Shown: in pieces, positions 16,977-25,363 of the stretch | Layout: each line of letters begins with the position of its first letter | Position numbering within the stretch: position 1 is the stretch's first letter | Assembly (NCBI GenBank): GCA_030612165.1 | Contig: JAUWOK010000001.1 | Coordinates: 1-31,735, forward strand | Direction: 5' to 3' | DNA length: 31,735 nt | Source of the DNA: Dehalococcoidia bacterium | GTDB taxonomy: Bacteria; Chloroflexota; Dehalococcoidia; GIF9; AB-539-J10 | Notes under the pieces: generated by a model | The model's input: only the letters and a program-made list of their open reading frames with translations | Database searches by the model: none | Told to the model about the DNA's origin: nothing | Translations under genes and position numbers: made by a program

Positions 16977-17660
16977 TTAGCTTGCTTTTAATCTCTGCTT
17001 ATAACTATCTATTTCGCCCAATAGCCAAGAGCACCAGTTTTCTATTCCCTCTCCCGTGGAGCAGGAGATTTCAAAGAATCTGGCTCGGGGATTCAATTCT
17101 GTCACGGTACGGCGAAAAGCGGCAATATCAAAATTGACATACGGTTGGAGATCCAGCTTGTTTATTATGACGATATCGGCGTCAGTGAAAATCAGGGGAT
17201 ACTTAATGGGTTTGTCATCGCCCTCGGGCAGGCTGGAAATCACTAATCTCTTGTGCTCTCCCAGAGCGAACTCGGAAGGACAGATAAGATTGCCGACATT
17301 CTCGATAAGGAGAAGGTCCAATTCCTCCAGCGGCATATCTTTGAGAGCAAGAGTTACCATGTCCGCAATCAAGCTGCAGCTTTCTGGCATTTTCCTGGTG
17401 TTTATCTGGACAACCGCTGCCGCGGTATCAGCTACCTTTTCTGCATCCACGGTAGAGGAAACATCACCTTCGACGACCCCTATTTTTGCTTTATCCTTCA
17501 ATCCACTTATTGTTTGCAGGAGGAAGCTTGTTTTTCCAGCTCCCGGGGACGACATGACATTAATAGTCAGAACTCCGTTGCCATCTAAACGCTGCCGGTT
17601 TTGGTCAGCGGCAGCCTGATTAATTTCCAGAATATTCTGCACAACCTTTATTTCTCTCAT
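16977..17660 (-). CDS. hypB: Hydrogenase nickel-incorporation GTPase HypB (atypical metal site)
   Basis: SSPGAGKT, EGD, IENVGNLICP, EGDDKPIKYP, NKLD. The canonical CH motif reads CS. Confidence 0.94.
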   Translation of the reverse strand: MREIKVVQNILEINQAAADQNRQRLDGNGVLTINVMSSPGAGKTSFLLQTISGLKDKAKIGVVEGDVSSTVDAEKVADTAAAVVQINTRKMPESCSLIADMVTLALKDMPLEELDLLLIENVGNLICPSEFALGEHKRLVISSLPEGDDKPIKYPLIFTDADIVIINKLDLQPYVNFDIAAFRRTVTELNPRARFFEISCSTGEGIENWCSWLLGEIDSYKQRLKAS

Positions 17661-17663
17661 TTC

Positions 17664-18005
17664 TTACTCTACCTCCAGGCTCTTTATGTATAGTTCTCGT
17701 CCTTCGATTATCTCTGCCCCCGGACTATGACATTCGGGGCAGGTCCATTCATCAGCTTGTGGCCGGAAAACAGCGGTACAATTTCTGCAGCGTAGCCGGA
17801 CTGGCGCTGATTCAAAATTAAGCGTTGCTCCCTGCGCGATAGTATTACGGCTCAAAGCATCAAAATAAAGCTGAATACACTCAGGAGCAAAACCCGATAA
17901 TTCGCCGATAATTAAATTAACGCTGCTAATTTTTTTAGCCTGTGCCTCTTTGGCTTTGTTTAGGCTGATCGCCACGATGTTTTCTGTTATTGCTAATTCG
18001 TGCAT
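17664..18005 (-). CDS. hypA: Hydrogenase nickel metallochaperone HypA
   Basis: MHE N-terminus (113 aa from ATG 18005), CRNC...CPEC Zn site, GRELYIKSLEVE. Alternative start at 18029. Confidence 0.95.
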   Translation of the reverse strand: MHELAITENIVAISLNKAKEAQAKKISSVNLIIGELSGFAPECIQLYFDALSRNTIAQGATLNFESAPVRLRCRNCTAVFRPQADEWTCPECHSPGAEIIEGRELYIKSLEVE

Positions 18006-18030
18006 CCTAATAAAATCCAGAACAGCCATT

Positions 18031-18567
18031 CTAGCTTATTTTTTTGTTTTCCGCATCTTTTTCGCACTGCTTCAGCAGTTGTTGCAGATGCCGTTTTAGC
18101 ATTTGCAGCGTCGCTTCAGTTGCGTCTTTTCTGTTTGTTTCTCTGTTACCTCGGAAAACATATCGTCTGCTTGTAGCCCCTTCTCTACCGGCTAATCCCA
18201 GATAGAATGTCCCCACTGGTTTTCCTGCTGCGTCTCCTGCGGGACCGGCTAAGCCTGTGTCCGCGACGCATATATCAACTCCCAGCAGTTTTCTGCCTCC
18301 TTGTGCCATTTCTATGACTGTTTCATGGCTGACGGCCCCGAAGTTTCTCAAGGTTTCCTTTTTTACTCCGGTAAGGTTTGTTTTTATTTCATTGCTGTAA
18401 GCTATGACGGATCCTTTATAATAGTCAGAGCTGCCTGGCACTTCCGTTAGCCTTTTCGCTATTTCTCCTCCGGTGGCTGATTCAACCGTGCCTATAGTTA
18501 AGCCATGCTCTGTTTGGCAGCAATATTCTTTTATCAGTTGTGCGATTTCTCTTTCTGTCCCTGCCAT
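18031..18567 (-). CDS. pncC: CinA C-terminal domain protein / NMN deamidase
   Basis: ESATGG, VPGSS, YSNEIK, GAVS, TGLAGP. Confidence 0.88.
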   Translation of the reverse strand: MAGTEREIAQLIKEYCCQTEHGLTIGTVESATGGEIAKRLTEVPGSSDYYKGSVIAYSNEIKTNLTGVKKETLRNFGAVSHETVIEMAQGGRKLLGVDICVADTGLAGPAGDAAGKPVGTFYLGLAGREGATSRRYVFRGNRETNRKDATEATLQMLKRHLQQLLKQCEKDAENKKIS

Positions 18568-18576
18568 GTCCCTAGC

Positions 18577-18585
18577 ATTTTATCA
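18577..18585 (-). promoter_or_regulatory. Extended -10 promoter candidate for pncC-hypAB-hyd
   Basis: TG-A-TAAAAT, 9 nt upstream of the pncC ATG; no convincing -35. Confidence 0.45.
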
Positions 18586-18709
18586 GGTTTTCCTGTCTCA
18601 GTTGCCGTCCTGTCGTTTGTTTGGTGACATCAAATTCGTGATGATGAGAGGCAAGCGGCAGATGGAGATACATACTTGAGAAGTTGAGATTTGATAAAAA
18701 ATAAAAACC

Positions 18710-18827
18710 CCCTGGCAACGACATATCTTCCCAGAGGGCTGCCCCTCAAGTATTGTCTGCGCTGGAGCGTTTCACTTCCGTATTCGGGATGAGAACGGGT
18801 GGTTCCACTCCGCTAAAGTCACCAGGA
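18710..18827 (-). rRNA. rrf: 5S rRNA (stand-alone)
   Basis: Reverse complement TCCTGGTGACTTTAGCGGAGTGGAACCACCCGTTCTCATCCCGAATACGGAAGTGAAACGCTCCAGCGC...GTCGTTGCCAGGG; helix I CCTGG/CCAGG. Ends approximate. Confidence 0.95.
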
Positions 18828-18843
18828 AGCTTTATTTGAGGAT

Positions 18844-18872
18844 AGTGTAACCGTGTCTGGGAAAATATTCAA
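18844..18872 (-). promoter_or_regulatory. Sigma70 promoter of the 5S gene
   Basis: TTGAAT (18872-18867), 17-bp spacer, TACACT (18849-18844), with an A-rich UP-like tract upstream. Confidence 0.75.
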
Positions 18873-18895
18873 GTTTTTGTATTTTCGTGTATCAA

Positions 18896-18924
18896 TTGAC
18901 TGTGATAGTAGCTGGTGCTATCAT
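18896..18924 (+). promoter_or_regulatory. Sigma70 promoter of the glyA-prs-secA cluster
   Basis: TTGACT (18896-18901), 17-bp spacer ending TGC, TATCAT (18919-18924). Confidence 0.75.
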
Positions 18925-18957
18925 AATCCGCGACGCATTATGAAGATGGAGAGGTGA

Positions 18958-20199
18958 ATGGACGCAGTTATTAAACAGCATGATCCTGAGATAGCCCGGA
19001 TACTGGAGGTAGAAGCAGAGAGACAAAGGCAGAGCATTAACCTGATTGCCTCTGAGAATCATTCCGACGGTGCGGTATTGCGGGTTCAAGGTTCTATTAT
19101 GACTGATAAGTATGCGGAGGGATATCCGTACCGCAGGTACTATGGAGGATGTGTGAATGTGGATGCTGCAGAAAACCTGGCTATAGAAAGGGCAAAGCAG
19201 CTATTTGGAGCGGATCACGCTAACGTCCAGCCGCATAGTGGCAGTCAGGCCAATATGGCTGCTTACGTGGCGCTGGTGAATCATGGGGATACCATCATGG
19301 GGATGAGCCTGAGCCATGGAGGACATCTTACTCATGGTTCTCCGGTTAATTTTTCGGGCAAGTGGTATAACTTCGTTTCCTATGGCGTTGATCGCCAGAG
19401 CGAGATGATAGATTACGACGAGGTGGAAAAGCTGGCGCTGGAGTGCAGGCCGAAGCTGATTGTGACAGGTGCCACTGCCTATCCGCGTCTTATTGATTTT
19501 GAACGTTTTCGATATATAGCTGATAAAGCAGGAGCTAAATTAATGGTTGATATAGCTCACATAGCAGGAATGGTGGCGGCTGGAGTTCATCCCTCTCCTG
19601 TGCCTTATGCCCATGTGGTCACCTCCACCACCCAGAAGACTTTGCGGGGTCCTCGTGGCGGTTTTATTTTGTGTCAGAAAGATTTGAGCAAAGCTATAGA
19701 TTCAGCCGTTTTCCCTGGGTTGCAGGGAGGGCCACTGATGCATGCCATTGCCGCCAAGGCAGTGTGTTTCTTCGAAGCTATGCAGCCTGAGTTTGTTAAT
19801 TACCAGAAAGCGGTTGTAGAGAATGCTGCTATTCTTGCCTCAGAACTTAAGAATTTCGGATTGCGTATCGTTTCCGGTGGTACGGAAAACCATCTTGTTC
19901 TTGTTGATCTCACTCCCATAGGGGTGAGTGGCAGAGAGGCTGAGGAGGCATTGGAGGCATCAAGCATTCTGGTCAATAGAAATAACATTCCTTTTGATGT
20001 TAAGCCTCCCCGAGTCACCAGTGGAATCAGGCTGGGTACACCGGCTGCAACTTCCAGGGGTTTGGGTGTTAATGAAATGAAACAAGTAGCAGCGCTCATC
20101 TTCAAGGTGATCAGTAACCTCGGGAATGAGGGAATTAATCGGGCGGTTGGGCAGGAAGTGCGTGTACTTTGCCAGCGGTTTCCTCTCCCCTGGGAGTAG
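18958..20199 (+). CDS. glyA: Serine hydroxymethyltransferase
   Basis: [46 protein letters not shown] (PLP Lys), SGIRLGTPA. Confidence 0.97.
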   Translation: MDAVIKQHDPEIARILEVEAERQRQSINLIASENHSDGAVLRVQGSIMTDKYAEGYPYRRYYGGCVNVDAAENLAIERAKQLFGADHANVQPHSGSQANMAAYVALVNHGDTIMGMSLSHGGHLTHGSPVNFSGKWYNFVSYGVDRQSEMIDYDEVEKLALECRPKLIVTGATAYPRLIDFERFRYIADKAGAKLMVDIAHIAGMVAAGVHPSPVPYAHVVTSTTQKTLRGPRGGFILCQKDLSKAIDSAVFPGLQGGPLMHAIAAKAVCFFEAMQPEFVNYQKAVVENAAILASELKNFGLRIVSGGTENHLVLVDLTPIGVSGREAEEALEASSILVNRNNIPFDVKPPRVTSGIRLGTPAATSRGLGVNEMKQVAALIFKVISNLGNEGINRAVGQEVRVLCQRFPLPWE

Positions 20200-20322
20200 T
20201 TAACAACGAGTCTGTTGGTGGTTGCTGTTTTATGTTCCTGTTTGTTTTCTGTGGTTGATTAGTAGGGATCCTTGGCTTTTTATTGAGGCTGTGTCTCAGT
20301 CGAAGAAGGAGGGATAGACAGA

Positions 20323-21261
20323 GTGGAAGAGTTGAAGGTTTTTACGGGCAATGCCCATCCCGCCCTTGCCCAGGGAATTTGCGATTATTTGAAGATGCCA
20401 CTGGGTGGAGCCGAAGTCTTTGAATTCAGTAACGAAAATATTTTCGTCCGTATCCTGGAGAATGTCAGGCGGCGTGATGTTTTTGTTGTTCAGCCTATTT
20501 GTTCTCCCGTAAACAAAAGTTTAATTGAGTTACTCATCATGATAGATGCTCTTAAGAGGGCCTCAGCGGAAAGAATTACTGCGGTTATTCCTTACTATGG
20601 TTATGGCCGTACGGACAAAAAGGATCAGCCTCGCGTGCCCATCACGGCCCGGCTGGTAGCAGATATGCTCACGGTGGCCGGAGCTGACAGGGTACTCACT
20701 ATGGACCTCCATGCTCCCCAGATTCAGGGTTTTTTTACCATACCTGTTGACGAATTGACCGCTGTTTCTTTGCTTGTGCAATATTTTAAGGAAAAAGGGG
20801 CTGATGACATGGTAGTAGTAGCTACCGATATTGGCATCTCCAAACGGGCCAGAGATTTCGCTGCTAAGTTGAATTTGCCGTTGACAATTGTTGAAAAGAG
20901 ACGACTGGGCAATGCTGGTATTTCGCAGACGCTCAATATTATAGGTGAAGTAAAAGGAAAGAAAGCGCTGATCGTTGATGACGAAATAGATACCGCAAGC
21001 TCACTATGTAGCGTGGTGGAGGCGATTACAAAGGAAGGAGCTGGAAAGGTTTATGCTTGTTGCACCCACCCTATATTTTCTGGTCCGGCCATCCAGCGGA
21101 TAGCTGCTTCTCCTGTGGAAGAGGTGGTGGTCACCGATACTGTTCCGGTAAGAGGAAAAAAGGAACTGGATAAAATTGTCGTTCTCTCCGTAGCTTCCCT
21201 TTTAGGCGAAGCAATTCATCGCATTCACACAGGATTGTCCGTGGGGGCGATGTTTGAGTAA
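20323..21261 (+). CDS. prs: Ribose-phosphate pyrophosphokinase
   Basis: PYYGYGRTDKK, MDLHAPQIQGFF, IVDDEIDT, CTHPIFSG. GTG start with SD AAGGAGG. Confidence 0.97.
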   Translation: MEELKVFTGNAHPALAQGICDYLKMPLGGAEVFEFSNENIFVRILENVRRRDVFVVQPICSPVNKSLIELLIMIDALKRASAERITAVIPYYGYGRTDKKDQPRVPITARLVADMLTVAGADRVLTMDLHAPQIQGFFTIPVDELTAVSLLVQYFKEKGADDMVVVATDIGISKRARDFAAKLNLPLTIVEKRRLGNAGISQTLNIIGEVKGKKALIVDDEIDTASSLCSVVEAITKEGAGKVYACCTHPIFSGPAIQRIAASPVEEVVVTDTVPVRGKKELDKIVVLSVASLLGEAIHRIHTGLSVGAMFE

Positions 21262-21270
21262 TCAAACGTA

Positions 21271-23856
21271 ATGTTTAATTGGCTCAGTGGTTTATTTGAT
21301 TCCAACGACAAGGAACTGAAGCGGCTTGCGCCTATTGTGGCGCAGGTAAATGTCCTCGAATCTGAGTTTGAGAAATTGACTGGTCCTGAACTCAGAGCCA
21401 GGTCGGATGATTTCAAAGCCCGTTTGCGTGACGGGGAAAACATGGAAGAGTTTCTGCCTGAGGCTTATGCCGCAGTCAGGGAAGCTGCCAGGCGTACTAT
21501 CGGGCAGAGGCATTTTGATGTGCAGTTAATAGGCGGTATCGTTCTCCACCAGGGCAAGATAGCTGAAATGAAAACTGGTGAAGGGAAAACACTGGTAGCC
21601 ACCTTGCCGCTTTATCTCAATGCGCTTTCAGGGCAGGGGTGCCACCTGGTTACCGTTAACGATTATCTGGCCAAGAGGGATTGTTATTGGATGGGGCCCA
21701 TATATCACGCCCTGGGCGTAAACGTGGCCTGCATTAATGCTCAGCAAAACGTGAGCCAGCTGTCTCCTTCCTACGTTTATGATCCTGATTACGATTCGGG
21801 GGAGGAGAAATGGAAGTTTTTGCGCCCTGTTACCCGCAGGCAGGCTTATGAGGCTGATATTACTTATGGGACAAACAATGAGTTTGCCTTTGATTATCTC
21901 AGGGATAATATGGTTCTAGATTTGTCTCAGTGCGTCCAGCGTTCTTTAAACTATGCCATTGTCGACGAAGTAGACAGCATTCTTATTGACGAAGCACGTA
22001 CCCCCTTAATCATCAGCGGGTCTGCCGAGGAGGCGACCCAGAAGTATTACGTTTTTGCCCGTCTGGCTGCTCGCTTACAAAGTGACGAGGACTATACCAT
22101 TGACCAGAGAACGCGTTCTGTTAGCCTTACTGATGCTGGTATTTCCAGAGTTGAGAACGAACTCAAAAAAGGGGGAAGGCTCAAGTCGTCCAATCTTTAT
22201 GACCCTGTCAATTATCTTATGACTCAGTATCTGGACAGTGCGCTTAAGGCGCGTGTTTTGTTTAAGAAAGATCGTGATTACATGGTCAAAGATGGGCAGG
22301 TTATTATCGTGGACGAGTTTACTGGCCGGCTGATGTTTGGCCGCAGATATTCTGAAGGTTTGCATCAGGCAATTGAAGCTAAAGAAGGGGTAAAAATTCA
22401 ACGGGAGAGCGTTACTCTGGCTAATATCACTTTTCAGAATTACTTTCGTCTTTATCACAAATTGTCAGGCATGACTGGCACTGCTGCCACAGAAGCCGAG
22501 GAATTTCATAAGATTTATAAGCTGGAAGTGGTAGTTATTCCTACTAATAAAGACATGGTTCGAGATGATCTTACCGATATGATATATAGCGACGAAAAAG
22601 TCAAGTTTGCCGCTGTGGTCAATGAGGTGGAGCGTTTGCACGAGCAGGATAAGCCTGTATTGATAGGCACTACTTCCATAGAGAAATCGGAGAGTTTGAG
22701 CGATGCTTTGAAAAGAAGAGGCATTCAGCATCAAGTGCTGAATGCTAAGCACCATGAAAAAGAAGCGTTGATTGTTGCCCAGACGGGGCGGTTGGGGGCG
22801 GTGACTGTAGCTACCAGCATGGCAGGGAGGGGGGTAGATATTGTGCTTGGGGGAAATCTTGAAGGGAGGGAGCAAAAAGAGTGGCAGGAAGAGCACGACA
22901 GGGTTGTTGAATTGGGAGGATTGCAGATTATCGGTACCGAGCATTACGAAGCCAGACGTATAGATAATCAGTTGCGAGGTCGTGCAGGGAGGCAAGGAGA
23001 TCCGGGAGGATCTCGCTTTTATGTTTCTCTTGAGGACGAGATTGTGCGTCGTTTTGGAGGAGATCGTGTTAAGGGCCTGATGCAGCGGGCAGGAATGGAT
23101 GAAAATACTCCTCTCGAACATTCTATGGTATCCAGGGCCATAGTTAACGCTCAGACACGAACGGAGGGTTATCATTTTGATATTCGCAAGCATCTCGTGG
23201 ATTACGATGATGTAGTTAATAAACATCGGGAAATAATTTATGCAGAAAGAAGGAAAATTCTGGACGGGATTGATCTCAAAGCAAACATATTTTCTATGTT
23301 GCATGACGAGATCTGTAGTTTGGTGAACACGCATATTGATCATGAAACGGGGGAAAGAGATTTTTCCGGATTGCTTGAGGACGTTTCTCATATTCTTCCT
23401 TCATCAGCTCGGATTGAGAACGATGGGTTTTCCGAGCTTGCTGGTGACCGGCTTGTAGAAAAGCTGAATAATATGGCCATTGAAATATACAATCAGCGAG
23501 AGAAAGAGATAGGGGCTGAGAGCATGCGTTTTGTGGAGCGACTGGTCATGTTGCGGGTTATCGACCGATTGTGGATGGAACATCTTACCGCCATGGAGCA
23601 GGTGCGGCAGGGCATTGGGTTGCGTGCGGTGGGGCAGCAGGATCCTTTGAATGTTTATAAGAGAGAGGGCGGGAATATGTTTGATGCTCTTCTGGCGGGA
23701 ATTCAGCATGACGTTGTGTATAACATCTATCATGCCAATATTCGTAAAGAGCCACTCCAGAGAAAGGAAGCGGCGGTTGTGAGCAGGAAAACTGGCCGTA
23801 ATGATCCTTGCCCCTGTGGTTCGGGTAAGAAATATAAACACTGTTGTGGGAAATAA
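21271..23856 (+). CDS. secA: Preprotein translocase ATPase SecA
   Basis: [45 protein letters not shown]-terminal SEC-C motif [13 protein letters not shown]. Confidence 0.99.
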   Translation: MFNWLSGLFDSNDKELKRLAPIVAQVNVLESEFEKLTGPELRARSDDFKARLRDGENMEEFLPEAYAAVREAARRTIGQRHFDVQLIGGIVLHQGKIAEMKTGEGKTLVATLPLYLNALSGQGCHLVTVNDYLAKRDCYWMGPIYHALGVNVACINAQQNVSQLSPSYVYDPDYDSGEEKWKFLRPVTRRQAYEADITYGTNNEFAFDYLRDNMVLDLSQCVQRSLNYAIVDEVDSILIDEARTPLIISGSAEEATQKYYVFARLAARLQSDEDYTIDQRTRSVSLTDAGISRVENELKKGGRLKSSNLYDPVNYLMTQYLDSALKARVLFKKDRDYMVKDGQVIIVDEFTGRLMFGRRYSEGLHQAIEAKEGVKIQRESVTLANITFQNYFRLYHKLSGMTGTAATEAEEFHKIYKLEVVVIPTNKDMVRDDLTDMIYSDEKVKFAAVVNEVERLHEQDKPVLIGTTSIEKSESLSDALKRRGIQHQVLNAKHHEKEALIVAQTGRLGAVTVATSMAGRGVDIVLGGNLEGREQKEWQEEHDRVVELGGLQIIGTEHYEARRIDNQLRGRAGRQGDPGGSRFYVSLEDEIVRRFGGDRVKGLMQRAGMDENTPLEHSMVSRAIVNAQTRTEGYHFDIRKHLVDYDDVVNKHREIIYAERRKILDGIDLKANIFSMLHDEICSLVNTHIDHETGERDFSGLLEDVSHILPSSARIENDGFSELAGDRLVEKLNNMAIEIYNQREKEIGAESMRFVERLVMLRVIDRLWMEHLTAMEQVRQGIGLRAVGQQDPLNVYKREGGNMFDALLAGIQHDVVYNIYHANIRKEPLQRKEAAVVSRKTGRNDPCPCGSGKKYKHCCGK

Positions 23857-23919
23857 AAATATTCCTGTGGGATGAGTTTATTTCTGCTAAGGAAGTATTG
23901 CTTCAGCGTGAAGTAAATC

Positions 23920-24600
23920 GTGAATACTGTTGCTATTTTTGATCTTGATGGTACTCTGATCAGCGGTTATGCTTGGAAGGGCTTTCGTCGCTACTATTTC
24001 AAGTATAAAAAGAGAAGAGTTCCTTTGATGTTGTTATCTTTGATGTTGTATTTGGCTTTGTGGCCGCTGGCAAAAAGCCCTTTGCTTGATAAAGAAAAAT
24101 ATATAGTGTGGTTAATGACCAAGATGGATAGTGTTTTTAAAGGAGAAGCCAGAGAGGAGCTTGAAAAAAGTTCACGCTGGGTGGTTGATAGCTATATTTT
24201 AGGAGCGTTGCGCCATGATATTTTTGATATCATGCGATGGCACAAAGAGAATGGACATATAGTGGTGCTTGTCTCCGCAGTTTTTCAGGAGTTGCTGGAA
24301 ATCATGGGACAGGAATTGGGCATAGCTTATGTGCTTGGCACCCGGTTGGAGACGATGAACGGTAAATATACAGGGAGAATTGTGCCGCCTTTCTGCTTTG
24401 GCAAAGGCAAGGCCAGATTGCTCAAAGAATTTCTGGAACAAAGAGAGATGAAAGTGGATCTTTTATCAAGCTTTGCTTACGCCGATAACATTTCCGATGT
24501 TCCTGTGATGGAAATGGTGGGGAATCCTGTGGCTGCTTATCCAGATAAAGAGCTGTTCCGCCTGGCTAGCAAGCGAGGCTGGCGAATCATAGATGGCTGA
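23920..24600 (+). CDS. HAD-superfamily subfamily IB hydrolase (SerB-like phosphatase) with a hydrophobic cap segment
   Basis: Motif I DLDGTL, motif II VSA, motif III Lys (GKGKA), motif IV YADNISD. Confidence 0.85.
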   Translation: MNTVAIFDLDGTLISGYAWKGFRRYYFKYKKRRVPLMLLSLMLYLALWPLAKSPLLDKEKYIVWLMTKMDSVFKGEAREELEKSSRWVVDSYILGALRHDIFDIMRWHKENGHIVVLVSAVFQELLEIMGQELGIAYVLGTRLETMNGKYTGRIVPPFCFGKGKARLLKEFLEQREMKVDLLSSFAYADNISDVPVMEMVGNPVAAYPDKELFRLASKRGWRIIDG

Positions 24601-25363
24601 TTGGGAAAGTAGCCTCTCGCGAACTCTCTTTTGCGGGGGGTTCCTGTATATGGGAAAGAGATCAGGATTTATGGAAAAACAGTGTGTTTCTGGTATGGCT
24701 GCAGGAGACATCAATGCAATAAAGCATTTTAAAGAAGCTGTTGCCCGCGGCGAACACTGGCGTTTAGCATTGCTGGAGGCTATCAGGCAATGGTCCAGCA
24801 TAGAAGAGAACTATGCTGGACGGTATTATTGTTATTTTATTGGAGGGGAAGCTTTTGATTGGTTACTGCTGGCGGAGCGGTTGATGGAGGAAATCAAAGA
24901 GTTTGTCCAGGAAGACGAGAGAATCGAATTTCTTTTCCATACCTGGCCTGTGGTTTATCCGGATAAGAATGAGTTTAGAAGCTTAATTGGTGCAGTGAAG
25001 TACAAGGCATGCTTGAATTATTTTTACGGTGTCCTCGTAGAGGAATTTTTAGTTTTAGCAGAGGTTGAGGAAATGCGGAAATTGAGGAGAGGAGTGGGCT
25101 TGAACAACGATAAGGGGGTGCTTGAGGAAGCTTATTGCAATCTATATGGCGAAACACAGCAAGAACTGCTGCAGCATTTCCGGCAAGAAAAGCAATATTT
25201 ACAGCGCAGGACGATAAGTTTAACTGAACTTAAGGAATTTACTTATTGGTTATTCAAGCGTCGCGTAAACAGGAGTGAGCGGTCTCGGGTCGCCAGCGAC
25301 ACGGAGAAAGCTCTGGCAAAGATGTACTCATCTTTTCCTGCCACTGGTCATAGAGAACTTTAG
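24593..25363 (+). CDS. Hypothetical helical protein (start uncertain)
   Basis: Fills the gap between the HAD gene and valS, with plus-strand-like codon usage. Segments HWRLALLEAI...GEAFDWLLLAERL...NYFYGVLVEE...EFTYWLFKRR resemble a Dehalococcoidia-conserved hypothetical protein (from memory). Confidence 0.75.
   Translation: MADWESSLSRTLFCGGFLYMGKRSGFMEKQCVSGMAAGDINAIKHFKEAVARGEHWRLALLEAIRQWSSIEENYAGRYYCYFIGGEAFDWLLLAERLMEEIKEFVQEDERIEFLFHTWPVVYPDKNEFRSLIGAVKYKACLNYFYGVLVEEFLVLAEVEEMRKLRRGVGLNNDKGVLEEAYCNLYGETQQELLQHFRQEKQYLQRRTISLTELKEFTYWLFKRRVNRSERSRVASDTEKALAKMYSSFPATGHREL

Noticed and set aside
20200-20322. G/T-rich glyA-prs spacer as a possible ncRNA or terminator
   Set aside because: Only weak 4-6 bp hairpins are present, and the composition is explained by strand skew.
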